Part shown: one piece after another, positions 43,655 through 59,486 of the stretch
Position numbering within the stretch: position 1 is the stretch's first letter
Layout of the letters: each line of letters starts with the position of its first letter
From: Eledone cirrhosa
Taxonomy: Eukaryota
Length of the DNA: 64,000 nucleotides
Assembly: GCA_964016885.1 (NCBI GenBank)
Contig: OZ024742.1
Coordinates: forward strand, 230,330,001-230,394,000
Direction: 5' to 3'
Position numbers and translations under genes: made by a program
The notes under the pieces: generated by a model
Seen by the model: the letters and a program-made list of their open reading frames with translations, nothing else
The model's database searches: none
Told to the model about the DNA's origin: nothing

Positions 43655-44673
43655 TATTTATAGCCAATATTTTCAACATACATTCACGATACCTGATAGA
43701 TTTCACATGATCACATGATAGCTTTTAGAAGGTTGGTGTCGCACTCATTTGACTTTCAATGTGTACCTGTTTCTCATCTAATACTTCTAGGTTTAGTAAA
43801 ATGAATATTATTAAATAGCTATGTAAATTACATTAAGGATTATGTTAATTAATTCCATCGACCGCAACAACACACTTTGGAAACCTGACACAATGTGCCT
43901 CGAGGCTGTTCAAAGGAAATCAACAAATTTATTTTGTTTAATAGTAATATGATTAATAATAACCTCCAAAATAAATAACGGAAATTAATAATTAAAATTG
44001 CCTAAATCCTTAATTGATAAATTAATGCAGAAATGTTTTTCAATAGGAATTTGTGGCGTTCATATCTCTTAACTACATGCGTTATGTTGGGAGTTAAGAA
44101 ATTTTGTTCTGACCGGCAGATGCTTTGTATTCGAAACCCACAGGGTCTCATTTAAATAATGATAACTTTAAACTTCATTAAATTTAATTAAGGAATTAAA
44201 GATATAAGGGAAACCGATAACTCAAGAGATTTTATAATGGGGTATAGTTCTGGGAGAGCATAATATTCCAGCAGAATGCCCATTGTTAATTAACAAATTA
44301 TTATCTTTTGACAGAATATAATAAACCACGTTTGTTAGTGAATTGAAGGCGATATTATCCAATGAAGTTACCTTTTTTTCTTTAAATTTCTTCATTAGTT
44401 TACGTGAAATAATATCGATTTAAAGTAGAAATAGTTGCAGCCGGAGGCAATTTAAACGTGTTTATCTATATAAAAAATGAAAGAAATGGTATTATTCTCA
44501 GATCTCTCCTAGAAAAGTGTGTATATTAGCCATTCCCTTGCTAATACTGTATGACAGTGGCAATTCCTGAAAGACGATCTGCCGTTCCTCCGATGTCAAA
44601 AGGCTGGATCTAAACGTAGATTGTACAGCACGGAAATGATACCGCTACTTCCAGGTGTCCAAGCTGACGTTTT

Positions 44674-44915
44674 CATCATCATCATCCGGTGGTCCCAGCC
44701 GAAATGGACTCAACAATTGATCTCCACGTGGGTCTGTCGTTCATTGCCGTTGCCAAGTCCTGGATTTCAATAACAAAATCACTGGAGATGACATCGGGTA
44801 GGAGAGCTTGCGCCCCTGTTATTAGTAACTGCTTGTGATTTCCAAAGCACTAATGGGGACACAGCCTCATAGGTGCCACGATGGCAGTGGCCAGCAAATC
44901 TTACTCTCCTCTTAC
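44674..44915 (-). mobile_element. RTE LINE 3' fragment
   Basis: RRVRFAGHCHR..LVLWK..GRKLSYPDVISSD..EIQDLATAMNDRPTWRSIV..* with a (TGA)n tail. Confidence 0.8.
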
Positions 44916-44932
44916 GTACAACGCATATAAAA

Positions 44933-45110
44933 CAGTAGTATCGGTAGAGAGTCGGACGCCATACTTTCCAGCATAGTTACGTCCCTTTACGATCTGAGTT
45001 CAAATCCCGCCGAGGTTGACTTTGCCTTTCATCCTTACGGGGTCGATAAAATAAAGTACCAGTAATGCACTGGGTAATTGCTGGCCTTGTGCCTAAAGTA
45101 GAAACAATTA
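44933..45110 (+). mobile_element. SINE family A
   Basis: Near-consensus copy. Confidence 0.85.
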
Positions 45111-45645
45111 TATGTAACGAACCCAAAATGTTGAAAGGCGAAAGAAAGAGGCAAAGTCAGACTCAACTAGATTATAACTGAGAGTGCAAAGAGCTAGAAG
45201 AAATTTCCATAGCATTTACACTGAGATTATAACAACTGTGTCAATTGATGGTCTACTTGTCTTCTCTTATACTCTGTTTAAAACCCTCCTACTATAGATA
45301 GTGACGTAATTTGTCACATACATATGACTGTGGCTTTCAAGCAAATGGAATCGTTAGTGGGTGATGCCCAGCGTTCTTTGATTATTTCGTCACTCAAACA
45401 AAAAAGTCCCCCACTTGCCAATGTGGGAAATCACTGCCATTCTAATTTCCAGCTCATCCCCCTCCAAATGTACCAGATTTAGCAGGGCGTTCTTTCAGCT
45501 GCCTCTCTCAACCTGCAAGTATCTGCCTATTTTTTCTTTTCCACATATTCCCAAATCCTTACGAAATTTCCCTGGTTTACCTTATTGCTAACAATACATA
45601 TTTTAAAGGAATAGAAGTGAATAGGTATAAGGTATAGTCTGCATG

Positions 45646-45677
<32 letters not shown>

Positions 45678-45826
45678 TATAATTGGTGTTGGATGCTTTA
45701 AGCGTCCGTATGCGGTAAGCCGTTTGAGCACTCGATACTCTCATAGAGCAGAGTATGATATGACAGAATGGATATTGAATTTGTCCAACAAATTCCATTC
45801 GTCGCAACACTGATTCTTTTTTTTCT

Positions 45827-45903
<77 letters not shown>

Positions 45904-45959
45904 GAAAATACGCACACACGCACGCACATACACGCATACACACATATATATTGAAACAA

Positions 45960-46642
<683 letters not shown>

Positions 46643-47033
46643 ATGGCAAAATGTCTTCTACATGACTAGAACTGTTTCATTCGAAGGAAATCACTGCGTA
46701 TTGTATTGTTTATAAAAATGAAGACAACATGAAGAAAACATATGGCGATAATTTGAACTCGCACCAATGCAATCTATTTGACTTCTCCTGTAATTTTAAT
46801 ACCTCATGAATCGTAATTTCCTACGGTTGACATCGGGAGAAATAGCAAGAAATGTATTTCCCGGATACACACACACAGGAATTCAATTATATATATATAT
46901 ATATATAGTAATATGGCCGTATGGTCTCCGTTTTATTTTGGGGATTCGAAACCGATCGGTAAAGGTAACTATAGTAGGTAAAGTCAATTTTTAAAAATTT
47001 ATTTTGAAACTTTTTCATTATTTACTAAACCTT

Positions 47034-47096
<63 letters not shown>

Positions 47097-47100
47097 TTAA

Positions 47101-47216
47101 TTTTGCTCCCAATTTAGATTTTGTACATGTATACATTTGTATAAATGAATATATATATATATTATATATATATATAATTATTAATTATATATATATATTA
47201 TATATATATATAATTA

Positions 47217-47259
<43 letters not shown>

Positions 47260-47304
47260 TTTATACAAATGTATATATGTACAAAATCTAAATTGGGAGC
47301 AAAA
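47101..47304. repeat. Palindrome of about 50-bp unique arms around a (TA)n core
   Basis: TTTTGCTCCCAATTTAGATTTTGTACA... mirrored at 47255-47304. Confidence 0.9.
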
Positions 47305-48144
47305 GTATGCTAATAGAATTGAGAGCATACGCATTAATATCTATGTACATCTTATACAAATACAGATTCAACTATACGCCATCATTAGATGAATAAATAA
47401 ACGGTTTAAAGTGCTTTAATCATACATCTCCTAACAGAAGCTGAATATTTCATACAAGTAATTGAAAAATTGTCTTCCCTGTTATTCATTAAATGTCAAC
47501 TTATTTTGTCAGCCTAAATACCTGATGTTGAAACCACCACGATTGAGCAAGACAATATTCTTAACTTGATACGCTGCAATCAAGTTTTCAATTTATTATT
47601 ATGCAAATGAAATTAAGATATTTTTAGCAGAGAATTGCAACAGAATATTACGTATTATTGGATTTATTCTTGCTGAAACAGTGTAGAGTATGTCGTTCAT
47701 TGTAGCTTTAATTGATATAACTGAGATAAATGAATTACAAATTACATTTTTATTATTATAATTATTTTCTTTTTTGTTTACTTAAGCTATATTTGAAAGT
47801 AAGATTCATTTACATTTCACTATCTCTATAATCTAATTAGTGTTCGAGGCATCTCATCTGTCCATCGCTTTATTATTTCAAGCAAATCTAAAATATTTCT
47901 TTGATTATCTTAAATAATAAACTAGAAATTGCTGGTATGTCGTTTATATTTTCCAAAAGTGTTAGTTTTATCAGCATTTCTGCATATATTTTCTCTATTT
48001 ATTATGTTTACTATTATATTCAGCTTTAAAATCTAATTAAGGCCTAACTTTCTCTGTCCTGGTCTCGCTCACTCATTCAACTTAGCTCTCTCCCTCTTCT
48101 TTTCTCTCTCGATCCAGCTCACTGCCTCTTCCTCTCTCTCTCTC

Positions 48145-48226
<82 letters not shown>

Positions 48227-48238
48227 GAGAGAGATATA

Positions 48239-48433
48239 GTAATTGTTTCTACTTTAGGCACAAGGCCAGCTATTATCCCAGTGCATTACTGGTACTTTAT
48301 TTTATCGACCCCGTAAGGATGAAAGGCAAAGTTAACCTCGGCGGGATTTGAACTCAGAACGTAAAGGGGCCGTAACTCATTGCTGCAAAGCATGGCGTCC
48401 GACCCACTAACGATACTGCCAATCCACTGCCCC
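48239..48433 (-). mobile_element. SINE family A (full length)
   Basis: Reverse complement of the family consensus. Confidence 0.88.
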
Positions 48434-48654
48434 TATATATATATTAATAATAATAAATTTGAAGACTAAAATCCAAAGAGGGCCCGATAAGGATAAATAT
48501 ATATCAAATATATAAGAACCGTAGAACAAATATTTATTAAAATAACAGATTAATGTTTAAACATAGAATCGCTGCTTTCACGCTTAACGGGATCTTCTGA
48601 AACTAACAAAGTCAATCTGTGAACCCAGAAGTGAATATTTCAAAAAACGTTGTA

Positions 48655-48696
<42 letters not shown>

Positions 48697-48702
<6 letters not shown>

Positions 48703-49131
48703 ATTTTAAATAAATGGAAACTATATTTATAAATATTTATTCTATTATATATATTTCAAGGGTACCAAAACTTGGTACGCTTTCATCACATAAAATACAA
48801 AGTTTGTTTATTAAATTTTTATATAACCAAGAAAAGATAGTTTAACGGTTCAAGTTTTTTCTTTCTATCCAAGAAAAACTTGAACCGTTAAGGTATCTTT
48901 TCTTGGTTATGTCAAAATTTATAAAACAAACTTTGTATTATATCTGATGAAAGCGTACCAAGTTTTGTGACCCTTCAAATATATATAATAGAATAAATAT
49001 GGTTTTATAAATATAGTTTCTATTTATTTAATATCATTGAATATTATACTCCAGAAAATTTGTCGAGTGCTCTGAATCAATTATAAACATTTATATTTGT
49101 TGAATTACCAACAAATTGAATATCCCTTTTG

Positions 49132-49135
<4 letters not shown>
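48697..49135. mobile_element. Fold-back of the 28857 family with two mutated hammerheads
   Basis: About 160-bp arms centred near 48866; left arm gUGAUGA, right arm CUGAUGA...cAAA. Confidence 0.8.
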
Positions 49136-49166
<31 letters not shown>

Positions 49167-49168
<2 letters not shown>

Positions 49169-49720
49169 CGAATTAGTACCATTGAACCACAAATATTATA
49201 AACAACTTGCATATTTCTACAAGTACATTGTACCTGTTGAGGTATTCATCCACTTTTATATTTTTTCTCCTTATGTAGAGAACAAAACGTTGATTAATGC
49301 TGCTAATTTTAGTGGCAATATCAACATGTTTATAATATACAGCTATTATCAGCGACCTGATTTTGCGTGTGTGTCATTTTAACGGCTTGACCGCATGCGT
49401 TGGGCAGGAAGCGAAATATTTACTTGCTATAGGGCTTGCAACCTTATGGTGTGGAAATAAGCTGTCTGAAGATTCATTTCTTTCTGTTGGAAATTCTCTG
49501 GATTTCAAATCTTTTGGAATGATGAAACCGTCGGTAACAGCAATAGAACAGGTGATTATTTAAATCGTTTTTTAATTTATTTAGAAAATTGTTTGATAAC
49601 CGCTTGCTCCGCTACTTTTTATATTGTTCTGGCATCTCGAATTAGTACCTTGAACCACAAATATTATAAACAACTTGCATATTTCTACAAGTACATTGTA
49701 TCTGTTGAGGTATTCATCCA

Positions 49721-49727
<7 letters not shown>
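49167..49727 (+). mobile_element. About 1.2 copies of a ~469-bp non-coding hammerhead unit with ~93-bp terminal redundancy
   Basis: 49167-49260 is repeated at 49636-49727; (TA)n flanks. Confidence 0.85.
49461..49541 (+). ncRNA. Type I hammerhead ribozyme
   Basis: GCUGU-CUGAAGA-uUCAUUUC...GGAAUGAu-GAAA-ccgucgg-UA-ACAGC. Confidence 0.8.
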
Positions 49728-49755
<28 letters not shown>

Positions 49756-50853
49756 GGGGGGGGTGTACGTGCACAGGACATCATTTCCTAATATAAATAT
49801 ATTTGTATATCACTAGAAAAACAATACGTTTCGTTAATGATAATAAGAACCAAGTCTTTGTAATAGGAAAAATAGACAGGAATACTTTTGTAAATATTTT
49901 ATAACCACGAATGTTGTTTTTATCTCACCTTTCTTATAAAGATACCCACCACTACTTGCAAATGATTCCTGCTTAAATGAACAGCATTTCTTTATGAAGC
50001 AGAACATATATGGTTCGTTAGTTTGGGTGAATATATAACCGAGTTAAAGCATGCGGCATAGTGATTAGTTGGTAGTGATTAGGATTGCAAGGCTTTAGAT
50101 TCTATATGTGGATACAGTGGTGCATTAAGGTTTTGAAAAATATACTTCCTTTCAGGTCTGAAAAACATGTAAAATTACCAGTGGGTTTAACCTTGCATTA
50201 GACAGAAGAGTCATGAAACCGGTCTAAGCTCCAGCGTGATCAGCTACCAGTTTTGTGAAAGACTGGTTGAATGTGCACCATACATTGAAATAACAGTATA
50301 TCAAGAAATGTGACAGTCAGGTTAAATAGTAATCCAAGTTCGTAAATTAGAGAAGTGAGTATTATAAAGCTTATTTACTCGGTGAATTAATTCCATTAAT
50401 CAACCTTTTATGGAAGTTTCACAGACGATTAAATGGGCTGTAGATGTTTCTTTAGAGCGTGCATACCTATTTTATGGAATCCAATTCAGCTAAATGAGAC
50501 TTGAAATGTAGTCAAATATTTCTGTTTACTTTACGTCTTTCCAGATATCAAATGCCAATTTAACCCTTTTGATACGAAACCAACTAACACTGCATCTGGT
50601 TCTACGGTTCAAAATTGTCTATTTTCAAACATTTTCACCTGAAAATTTTGAAATGTTTTTTTACATGTCTACGTAGTCAGTGTTTATTTGATACGTATAC
50701 ACACCATCTCGATGATATATATACACAGGAAAAGAGTAAGGAGCTCAGCCCTCGGGGTCCTGGCTCCTTTCGTATTACCCACTTTACTGCCTTAAGTATC
50801 GAGTACCACGGTACGTTTTGGTCCACCTGGTATCTTACCACACTTTCTTTGTC

Positions 50854-50971
<118 letters not shown>

Positions 50972-51089
50972 ATATATATATATATGTATGTATGTATATG
51001 TATATATGTATATTTATACATATATGTGTATGTATGGATATATATGTATATGTCTGTATATATGTATATATATATGTATATATATATAT

Positions 51090-51293
51090 AAGTTAATCCG
51101 GGTTCAATCGGAGGTAACCACAGTAAGTAAGGTACTCAATACATAGCAGAGTATAAATGTTTAATATAGAAAAGCTTTTACAGGACTAGAACTGTTTCAT
51201 TCATGCAAAACCATCAGGAAGCAGGAAGCTTCCTGATGGTTTCGCATGAATGAAACAGTTCTAGTCCTGTAGAAGCTTTTCTATATTAAACAT
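51090..51293. mobile_element. Family R fold-back with two back-to-back hammerheads (A9G in both)
   Basis: Plus arm 51226-51278 AAGCUUC-CUGAUGg-uuucgcaugaau-GAAA-cag(uucuaguc)cug-UA-GAAGCUU. Confidence 0.8.
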
Positions 51294-51307
51294 GTATATA
51301 TATATAT

Positions 51308-51679
51308 CGTTTCTGAATTTGTTTCGCAATATTCTTTATCTGAAAATGTGTGTTGAAACCGATATTGTTATACTTTGGGAGGGTCATGTTGCCAATAAGA
51401 AACACATGCACCATTGCTTTCACTCCAATTTATTACAAATTAAATTATAAATTTAAAAAAATTCATAAATTTCCGGTTGGTTGGTTGGTTCCACAACCGG
51501 ACGGTTCTTCATATATTGTCAAAGTTCTTTCGTCACACATTCTGTGACCTCATCAATACACGAACAACCGTCCGGTTCTGGAACCAACCAACCAGAAATT
51601 TATAAAATATTTATAAAGGAGTGAAAGCGTGTGGTGCGTGTGTTTCTTATTGGCAACATGACCCTCCTAAAGTATAACA

Positions 51680-51683
<4 letters not shown>
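51308..51683. mobile_element. Family Q fold-back
   Basis: Arms 51362-51518 and 51554-51683; the inversion point falls in the CUGAUGA box near 51554. Confidence 0.8.
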
Positions 51684-51769
<86 letters not shown>

Positions 51770-54584
51770 TGAAATAAATGGATGCCTTCCAGTAGAGGAG
51801 CAGAAAGGACCGACAGTAAAATAAGTTATCGAATACAATGGATAGAGTGTTTGAAATTAGGTCCTCTGACTATCACTCTTTTATTCGGTTGAAATATATT
51901 AATAAGTATGTTTTTTTTTATATTCATGTATTGAACTATAACCACTATCCTTTCTGGGATGGTTTGGTGACTGTGTGCAGACTTATTTATATATATTCAT
52001 GATTTTTTGTTCTTTTGTTCAGAGGAAATGAATTGGTTTCCTTTTCGAAAGTTAGATTTCATTTTGTATTGCATATACATGAAATTGAGGCGACAATTTC
52101 TCTTGGTTAAGAATTGATCTGAAATAATATATGCCAATCTCGGAAATAGTAACGAAACACAGAAAATGTTAAAACTGCCGTAGAAAAACTGCAACGTGTC
52201 ATATTTTGATGAATTATGTAAATTATATGTGGTGTTATTTCTTTATACAATTCACTCGTATCTTTACATCTCTGATAAGATCTGAAAGTCTCTTTCCTTC
52301 TGGCAATGTTATTAAACTTTCTAATACTTTTAGAAAAACATATGTAAACATACTATATTTACCTGAAGTTTGAAAATTATATACAATGTCATATCTTTAT
52401 ATGATTCAATTGTATTGTTATATCTCTAAGAAAATTTCAAAGTATGGTTCCTTCAAGCAATGTATTTAAACATCCTAATATATATCACTAAAACCAAACG
52501 GAAATTTGTAACAAATAAAGTGATATTAAAATATATATTTTAAAGATTCCATTCCTTTAGTTTTTTTTTTTATATAAAATCAAATACGTTCATAAGGTCA
52601 CCAGATTATGCTATTATTTAAAATATATATTAGTCAGGAAATTAGAAATAGTATGTTAGTAGGTATAAGACGTTCACTTAAATGTTTAAAAAATACTTGA
52701 TCTCGACCGTGTTTTCTAGTTGCAGAATGTTTCGATACTTTAAAATGACATTAAATATTTAAATCTGAATAAGTTCAGATGATCTTTTCTGAGCGATACT
52801 CAATCTCATTGGATTTTATTTTTTTATTAGCGTGTTTTATTGACTTTAAAGTTATATGGAATAATTAAACAGAAATAAGATTCTGAAGGCTTCTTCTATT
52901 TTTAAAAGTATTTTAAATTGTTGAATTTGTTATTATTTTATGGAATGTACATCAATTGGTTTTGACGATGGATTCTCTCGTTGTTTGGTCAACTGATGAG
53001 CCTCCTCTTGAAATTAATGTGTAAGGGACTGAACATTCCACAGGCCCTTGTACCTTAAGCGAGTTTCAAGAGAGGTCTGAGTGATACATTGTGTGACAAG
53101 GTTGTCCCTTTGAATAAGAGGGACTGTCTGTCCGACGAGCTTCCAAACAGTTTCAGTCGTTCTAATTCCATTCACAATGCATATGTCAAGCCGAGGTTAT
53201 GCTAAATGACAATTGCCCAAGATTGCGAGCGAACCCCTTAACCATGCTTGCGCCCTGTACGTATTATTGTAATAACTGCAGATTTGAATCCTTTGAATGT
53301 CATTGAATCATATACACAAAAATAAAAACAAACAAACAAAAAAAAACGCTAAAATATTGATACAAAGTTGTTTTGCACAAAGTTAACAAAATTGGTCTTT
53401 GGGGATTTCTAGTCTGGAAATACATGTTAAGACAAAATTATTTATCAAATTTCATTAACTAATGTAGCATAGGTCATTTGGAGGATTGAGAAATTTGTGA
53501 TTAATATTGTTTTGAGGAAAGCTGCTACAATGCAAGTTAGAAATAAAGGAGTGAGAAGTATAATAGAGTAAAACAAATAAAATAACAGGTTATTCGTTTA
53601 CATTCTATTTCCTGATATTTAGGGTTCATCCCTATTTCTACAAAATGAAGGACATAGCGTATGGTGATGGTGATGAGTAACCCCTATATCCGTTTGCCCT
53701 AAATACTGCAAAAGCATCGTATGCTGATGTTTTTATTGTTGCTGGATTGAGTGTTTAGACTGAAAGTCAGCTCTGATCGAGCAAATACATTATAAAAATT
53801 TTACTCGCCATGTGTATGTCGTGCGCTTTTTCAGACACATTACATATAGGAACAGAAGCCAGAATTTCAATGCAGTATAGAGAATTATAGAACAAGATAT
53901 AACACATTCCTAATAACACATTTATATAACACAAGATATAATACATTTCTAATAGTAAAGTATGCAATTCTTTTGGAAATGCCAATACAAGGTAAGTAAC
54001 AATTAAAGGTGCTAAAAGAAGAGATAAATAAAAAAAATAGCTTACACTTTTATCTCATATTTCATGATAGTTCACGTTTAGGTCCCGTTGTTTATCGTAC
54101 TGGCTTCCCAAAGACTGTCGATCATATAGAATATGTCAAACATTCTAGATAACATACTTTACAGGTTCCATAAATCATTACTTTTGTAGCAAGATGAGTG
54201 GGTATTTTATACCATGGTAGAACGTTTCAAGAAAAGAGACAAACATTTAACATGTCAGGGACTATTAGAAGCCGCTTTGCTTTTATTTCCGTTGGCCATC
54301 AGGACTAATGATTTCCCTTATTGATTTTGTTTCTTTACGGTCTGACTTCAAATCCTGCTAAGTTCAACTTTGCCTATTATTGTTCAGGGATGTATAAATT
54401 AAATTAAGTCAAAATAATAATATACTTTCCTTCCTACTTATGCCTAAATTTGAAATTATAAGGTAAATATGTCTCGCGAATTTTAAGAAATCACAGATAG
54501 AGATGAAATATAAAAACATATAAAAGGCCATCTTTGAGGAATTCCAAATATATCGCGGATAGCACATTTATAAAGCTGGGAAAG

Positions 54585-54880
54585 CTCAGTGGTTAGGGTG
54601 TTTGGACTAAGATCGTATTTTCGAATACCGGCGGCGAATTGTGTCCTTGTGAAAGACACTTTATTTCATGTTGTTCTAGGCGACTTCTTAGAGATAGAAA
54701 AAATGAATTACCTCTGTGATAAAAAACGGCAGGTTTACCACACAATATGTTACACCGAATAACCATGAGATCTACCTTTAAAGTGCGCATGTCTTTAGAA
54801 TGGTCAATCATTTGCACGCCAATTTCATGAACAGGGTATTCAGCTGGTCATAGGACTGGCATACTCGTTGTCGGCAAAAT
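54585..54880 (+). mobile_element. SINE family B
   Basis: AGCTCAGTGGTTAGGG A-box, TTCGAATAC B-box, TGTGTCCTTG..AAGACACTTTATTTC. Confidence 0.65.
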
Positions 54881-55160
54881 ATCATGGTAGCCATGAATTA
54901 ATAAAGTATATTTATATATAATCACAATCTGCTCGAGCTGTGCTCCAAAGGCAAAACTCTCCTCACACTGTGTCACACTGAATCCCCTAAAGACTTACTT
55001 TGTAGTTGTAGACACTTGTAGAATGTTCAGCCACGTACACGTTGAGTTCATATATCGCTGAAGCTCATTGAGATTACGTTTTCACGAGTAACCAAACAAC
55101 TTTTACGGTCTTTGACATTATAAGGTTATGGCGAACATAATCTAATAAAATGCATTCAAT

Positions 55161-55194
<34 letters not shown>

Positions 55195-55275
55195 CGTGTG
55201 TGTGTGTGCGCGTGGAATATATTGTGTATATGTATATTATATATTGTGTATATGTATATTATATATATGTATTAT

Positions 55276-55341
<66 letters not shown>

Positions 55342-55380
55342 TTTATATATATATATATATACTTTATATATATATATATA

Positions 55381-55588
55381 TAGAGGAACCAGTAGTACCC
55401 CGACGGCTGAGCTCAAGCCGTTTCGACGGCTAATTCTGGACTGAATTAGCCGTCGAATTAGCCGTCGAAACGGCTTGAGCTCAGCCGTCGGGGTCCTACT
55501 CGTTCCTATTACCCACTCTACTAACCTAAGTATTGAGTACTTTGGTGCTTTATGGTCCACCTAGTTCCTTACCACATTTCCTTCGTTA
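55381..55588 (+). mobile_element. Fold-back insertion, family P
   Basis: Centre GACGGCTAATTC-TGGACT-GAATTAGCCGTC with a 12-bp duplication, then GAAA-cggc..gccg-UC. Confidence 0.8.
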
Positions 55589-55616
55589 TATATATATATA
55601 TATATATATATATGTA

Positions 55617-55683
<67 letters not shown>

Positions 55684-55718
55684 TTTATATATATATATAT
55701 ATACTTTATATATATACT

Positions 55719-55757
<39 letters not shown>

Positions 55758-55783
55758 TTTATATATATATATATATATATACT

Positions 55784-55822
<39 letters not shown>

Positions 55823-55861
55823 TTTATATATATATATATATATATACTTTATATATATACT

Positions 55862-55904
<43 letters not shown>

Positions 55905-56017
55905 TTTATATATATATATATACGTGGGAAAGTAATATATATATATATATGTATATACTTTATATATATATATATATACTTTATATATATACTTTATATA
56001 TATATACGTGGGAAAGT

Positions 56018-56107
<90 letters not shown>

Positions 56108-56559
56108 TCTTTATATTTCATCAATTTAATGTGTTGACTGCAGTGCAACAAGATTTCTACAGATGTACGGGAAGCCTTTTAATCAATTGAAGTTACATTC
56201 CTTGTCTAGTAATATGTTCAACGTCTTAAATGAATTATGTTATTCCAATGGTTTTAGTTGTTAAGGACAAACCGCCATAAGCATATATAAAATTTGATAT
56301 CTATTCAAAATAATATATGCATTATCAATGACTGCCAGGAGCGAAAGTAATCGAATGGACCTTCATATGTTTGATGGTGTACATGGATAGCATATTAAAA
56401 CACATACACAAATATGTGCATATGTGTATGTATGTGTGCCTGTATTTATAGATGTCTATAAATGTGTATGTATATATATATATATGTATAAACGTGCACG
56501 CATGTGAATGTATATATATATAAACACACACACACACACAAACACACACACATATATAT

Positions 56560-56653
<94 letters not shown>

Positions 56654-57160
56654 GTGTGTGTGTGTGTGTATTGGCCAGAGTGGATAAGTGAGTGTCTGCA
56701 TTTGTATAGGTTTATACTGGTAGATAAGGAAGCATTGATATGATAGAGTCTACTGGATCTTGATATATTCTTCAAACAGAATCTGTTAACCCTGATACAT
56801 TGAGTAAAGTTCAGGTCAGTGAAACCTCTAGAATTTAGATGATGTAAGGCAAGGTAAAGTATCTCGGTAGAAATAACGATTGGATTTTTATACAACCGTA
56901 TGTCGTTTAGGCGTAAAACGTTGATAATATAAGCGCAGACATAGCTGTGTGGTTTAGGAGTACACCTTGTAACTAGGCGGTTTCGACACTATTTCTACTG
57001 CACCACACGTAAGTAGAATCAGGTGTCTCACTCACACTATCTCTCTCTACCCCTGTATATATGTATATAATCCCTCACTCAGCCTCAGCATCTCTCCATG
57101 CACTGACTATTCCGATCATTAGTGGTCTCCTCGGCCCCAGAACCACGGACTCATCCTCTA

Positions 57161-57561
<401 letters not shown>

Positions 57562-59486
57562 AGAAAGTGAGAGGTATATATGTATATATACGTGTGTTTC
57601 TTTACGTCATCAAACGGTTTAATAAAATAACATACTAACACTTCTTCTTCTTCTTCTGCGAGAGAAAGTGACAAATAGAGAGGCAGGGGCAGAAAAGAAT
57701 ATCAGTCCTTGAGTGGTATTTTATTTATCAATATCACAACGATGAAACTCAAATTTGGGCCGACTGAAATACAGATGCATTTAATCCGACATCTTGAAGA
57801 CTCTGCCAAATGTTCTGGTTGCACACATAACCCAGTATTGGTATGGCCCCAATGAAACAGGAGTACCTATTGGACTTTACCATATCCGTATTAATGTCAC
57901 GCATCATGGTACATCCTATTTATATTAAATACTGATAACGACAGCATAAATACTAATGGTATGCTGTGTTAATATTTGATTATATGGAATTGTAGTGCAA
58001 ACAGAGACTTACGTGAGGCAGGAACTTCTTCAACAGCGCTGATAATTACATAAGCGAAGCTGTATATAAAGATGTGTGTCTCTATTTATGTGTATATATG
58101 TTATATACATATATGCACACTCCGAGTTTGTCGAAATATATGTATCACAAAATTTAGAGAGGCATTTGAAATATAATTCAACATGTGAGTTTTCTTAGAG
58201 TACACTACTTAATTTATATAACCAGTCATAATGACGAACATACACTCACGTGCACACATACACAAACACTCTCACATACACACACATATACCTATACACA
58301 AACAGGGGCTTAAATATTCATATACACATTTACACACTCGTATAACGATACACACACACACACACACATACGTATAAACACAGACACTCTTAAATAAATA
58401 GGAACACATTCTTCAATATATATATTCACATGCACGCATACACTCAAACATTTATACAGATAGACACTCTTGTATATGTATAAAAACTCACCCTCTAACA
58501 CATTCAATTGCATATACGCACAGACATTCTCATATACTTATGCACATGCAAATACTTTTAGACAAACACATAGATGTATCATTGCGATGATATATGGCTA
58601 CAGTAGAATTCCCAACGCACCACTTCTATATAGAAGATAGTACTAACTTCATTTAACTCATTATGAAGATACACATAGATCTCCACAGACATTCGTACTT
58701 AAATGCACGCACATACACACACTCGCATACTTATCACAACGATATATGGCTACAATGAAATTAACAACGCATTATCTCTCTATATATATAAAACTGAAGA
58801 TGTCTGTCTGTGTGAGTGTATGATGTTTATGCATTTCCACATTTCTCTACCGATTTGGGTTTTTTTTCTTCCAATTTGCTCCAAATTTACCACCGAGGGT
58901 CAACGCGACATAAATTTTGCCAAAAATTTCCTGCTTCTATGAAAAAAAATAGATAAAACTAAATATATGCTCTAACTCTCTCTTGCTGCCTCAACTGCTG
59001 CGTCACGTGCTGGTGAGGACGAAGGGCAGCGTTCCAGACGCCGACGTACGGACGCTGCTACTTGAATCTCAACAAAGACATTATATTTTGTTGTTGTCCT
59101 TTTTGTAATTTTTGTTTCTTTCTTTTTAGCAATATGAGAAAAAAAAGTATATAAATATTCTGATAAATAAATAGCGAGAAAACTTTTTTCAGGAACGTCC
59201 GATTTTGATGATTTTTTTTCCAGTGTGCTCCAAATTATCGCCCCTATTTACGCTCTTTTGTGCTATAACTCAGACGTGCTTGGCTTACAGGTTTGACCTA
59301 CTATGTGACGTGCATTCTTGCTACAACTTACTTCGTACTCACTTTCTACTTATTCACTGTTCAATTGAAATTTTTCGCTACCCCCTATTTTTTGCTCCAT
59401 TACCTGCATAAATATTTACGTGTTTATTTATACTTCCTGTTTCCCTTTTTAAATTTACTTTTAAAATATACTTTGGCACTACAGTC

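Noticed and set aside
53834-53996. Exon-like segment (tttttcag ... AAG/gtaagt)
   Set aside because: Stops in all three frames and no partner exons; cannot be supported without RNA data.
56790-56835. CUGAUAC..GAAA motif
   Set aside because: Core, helix III and helix I all fail.
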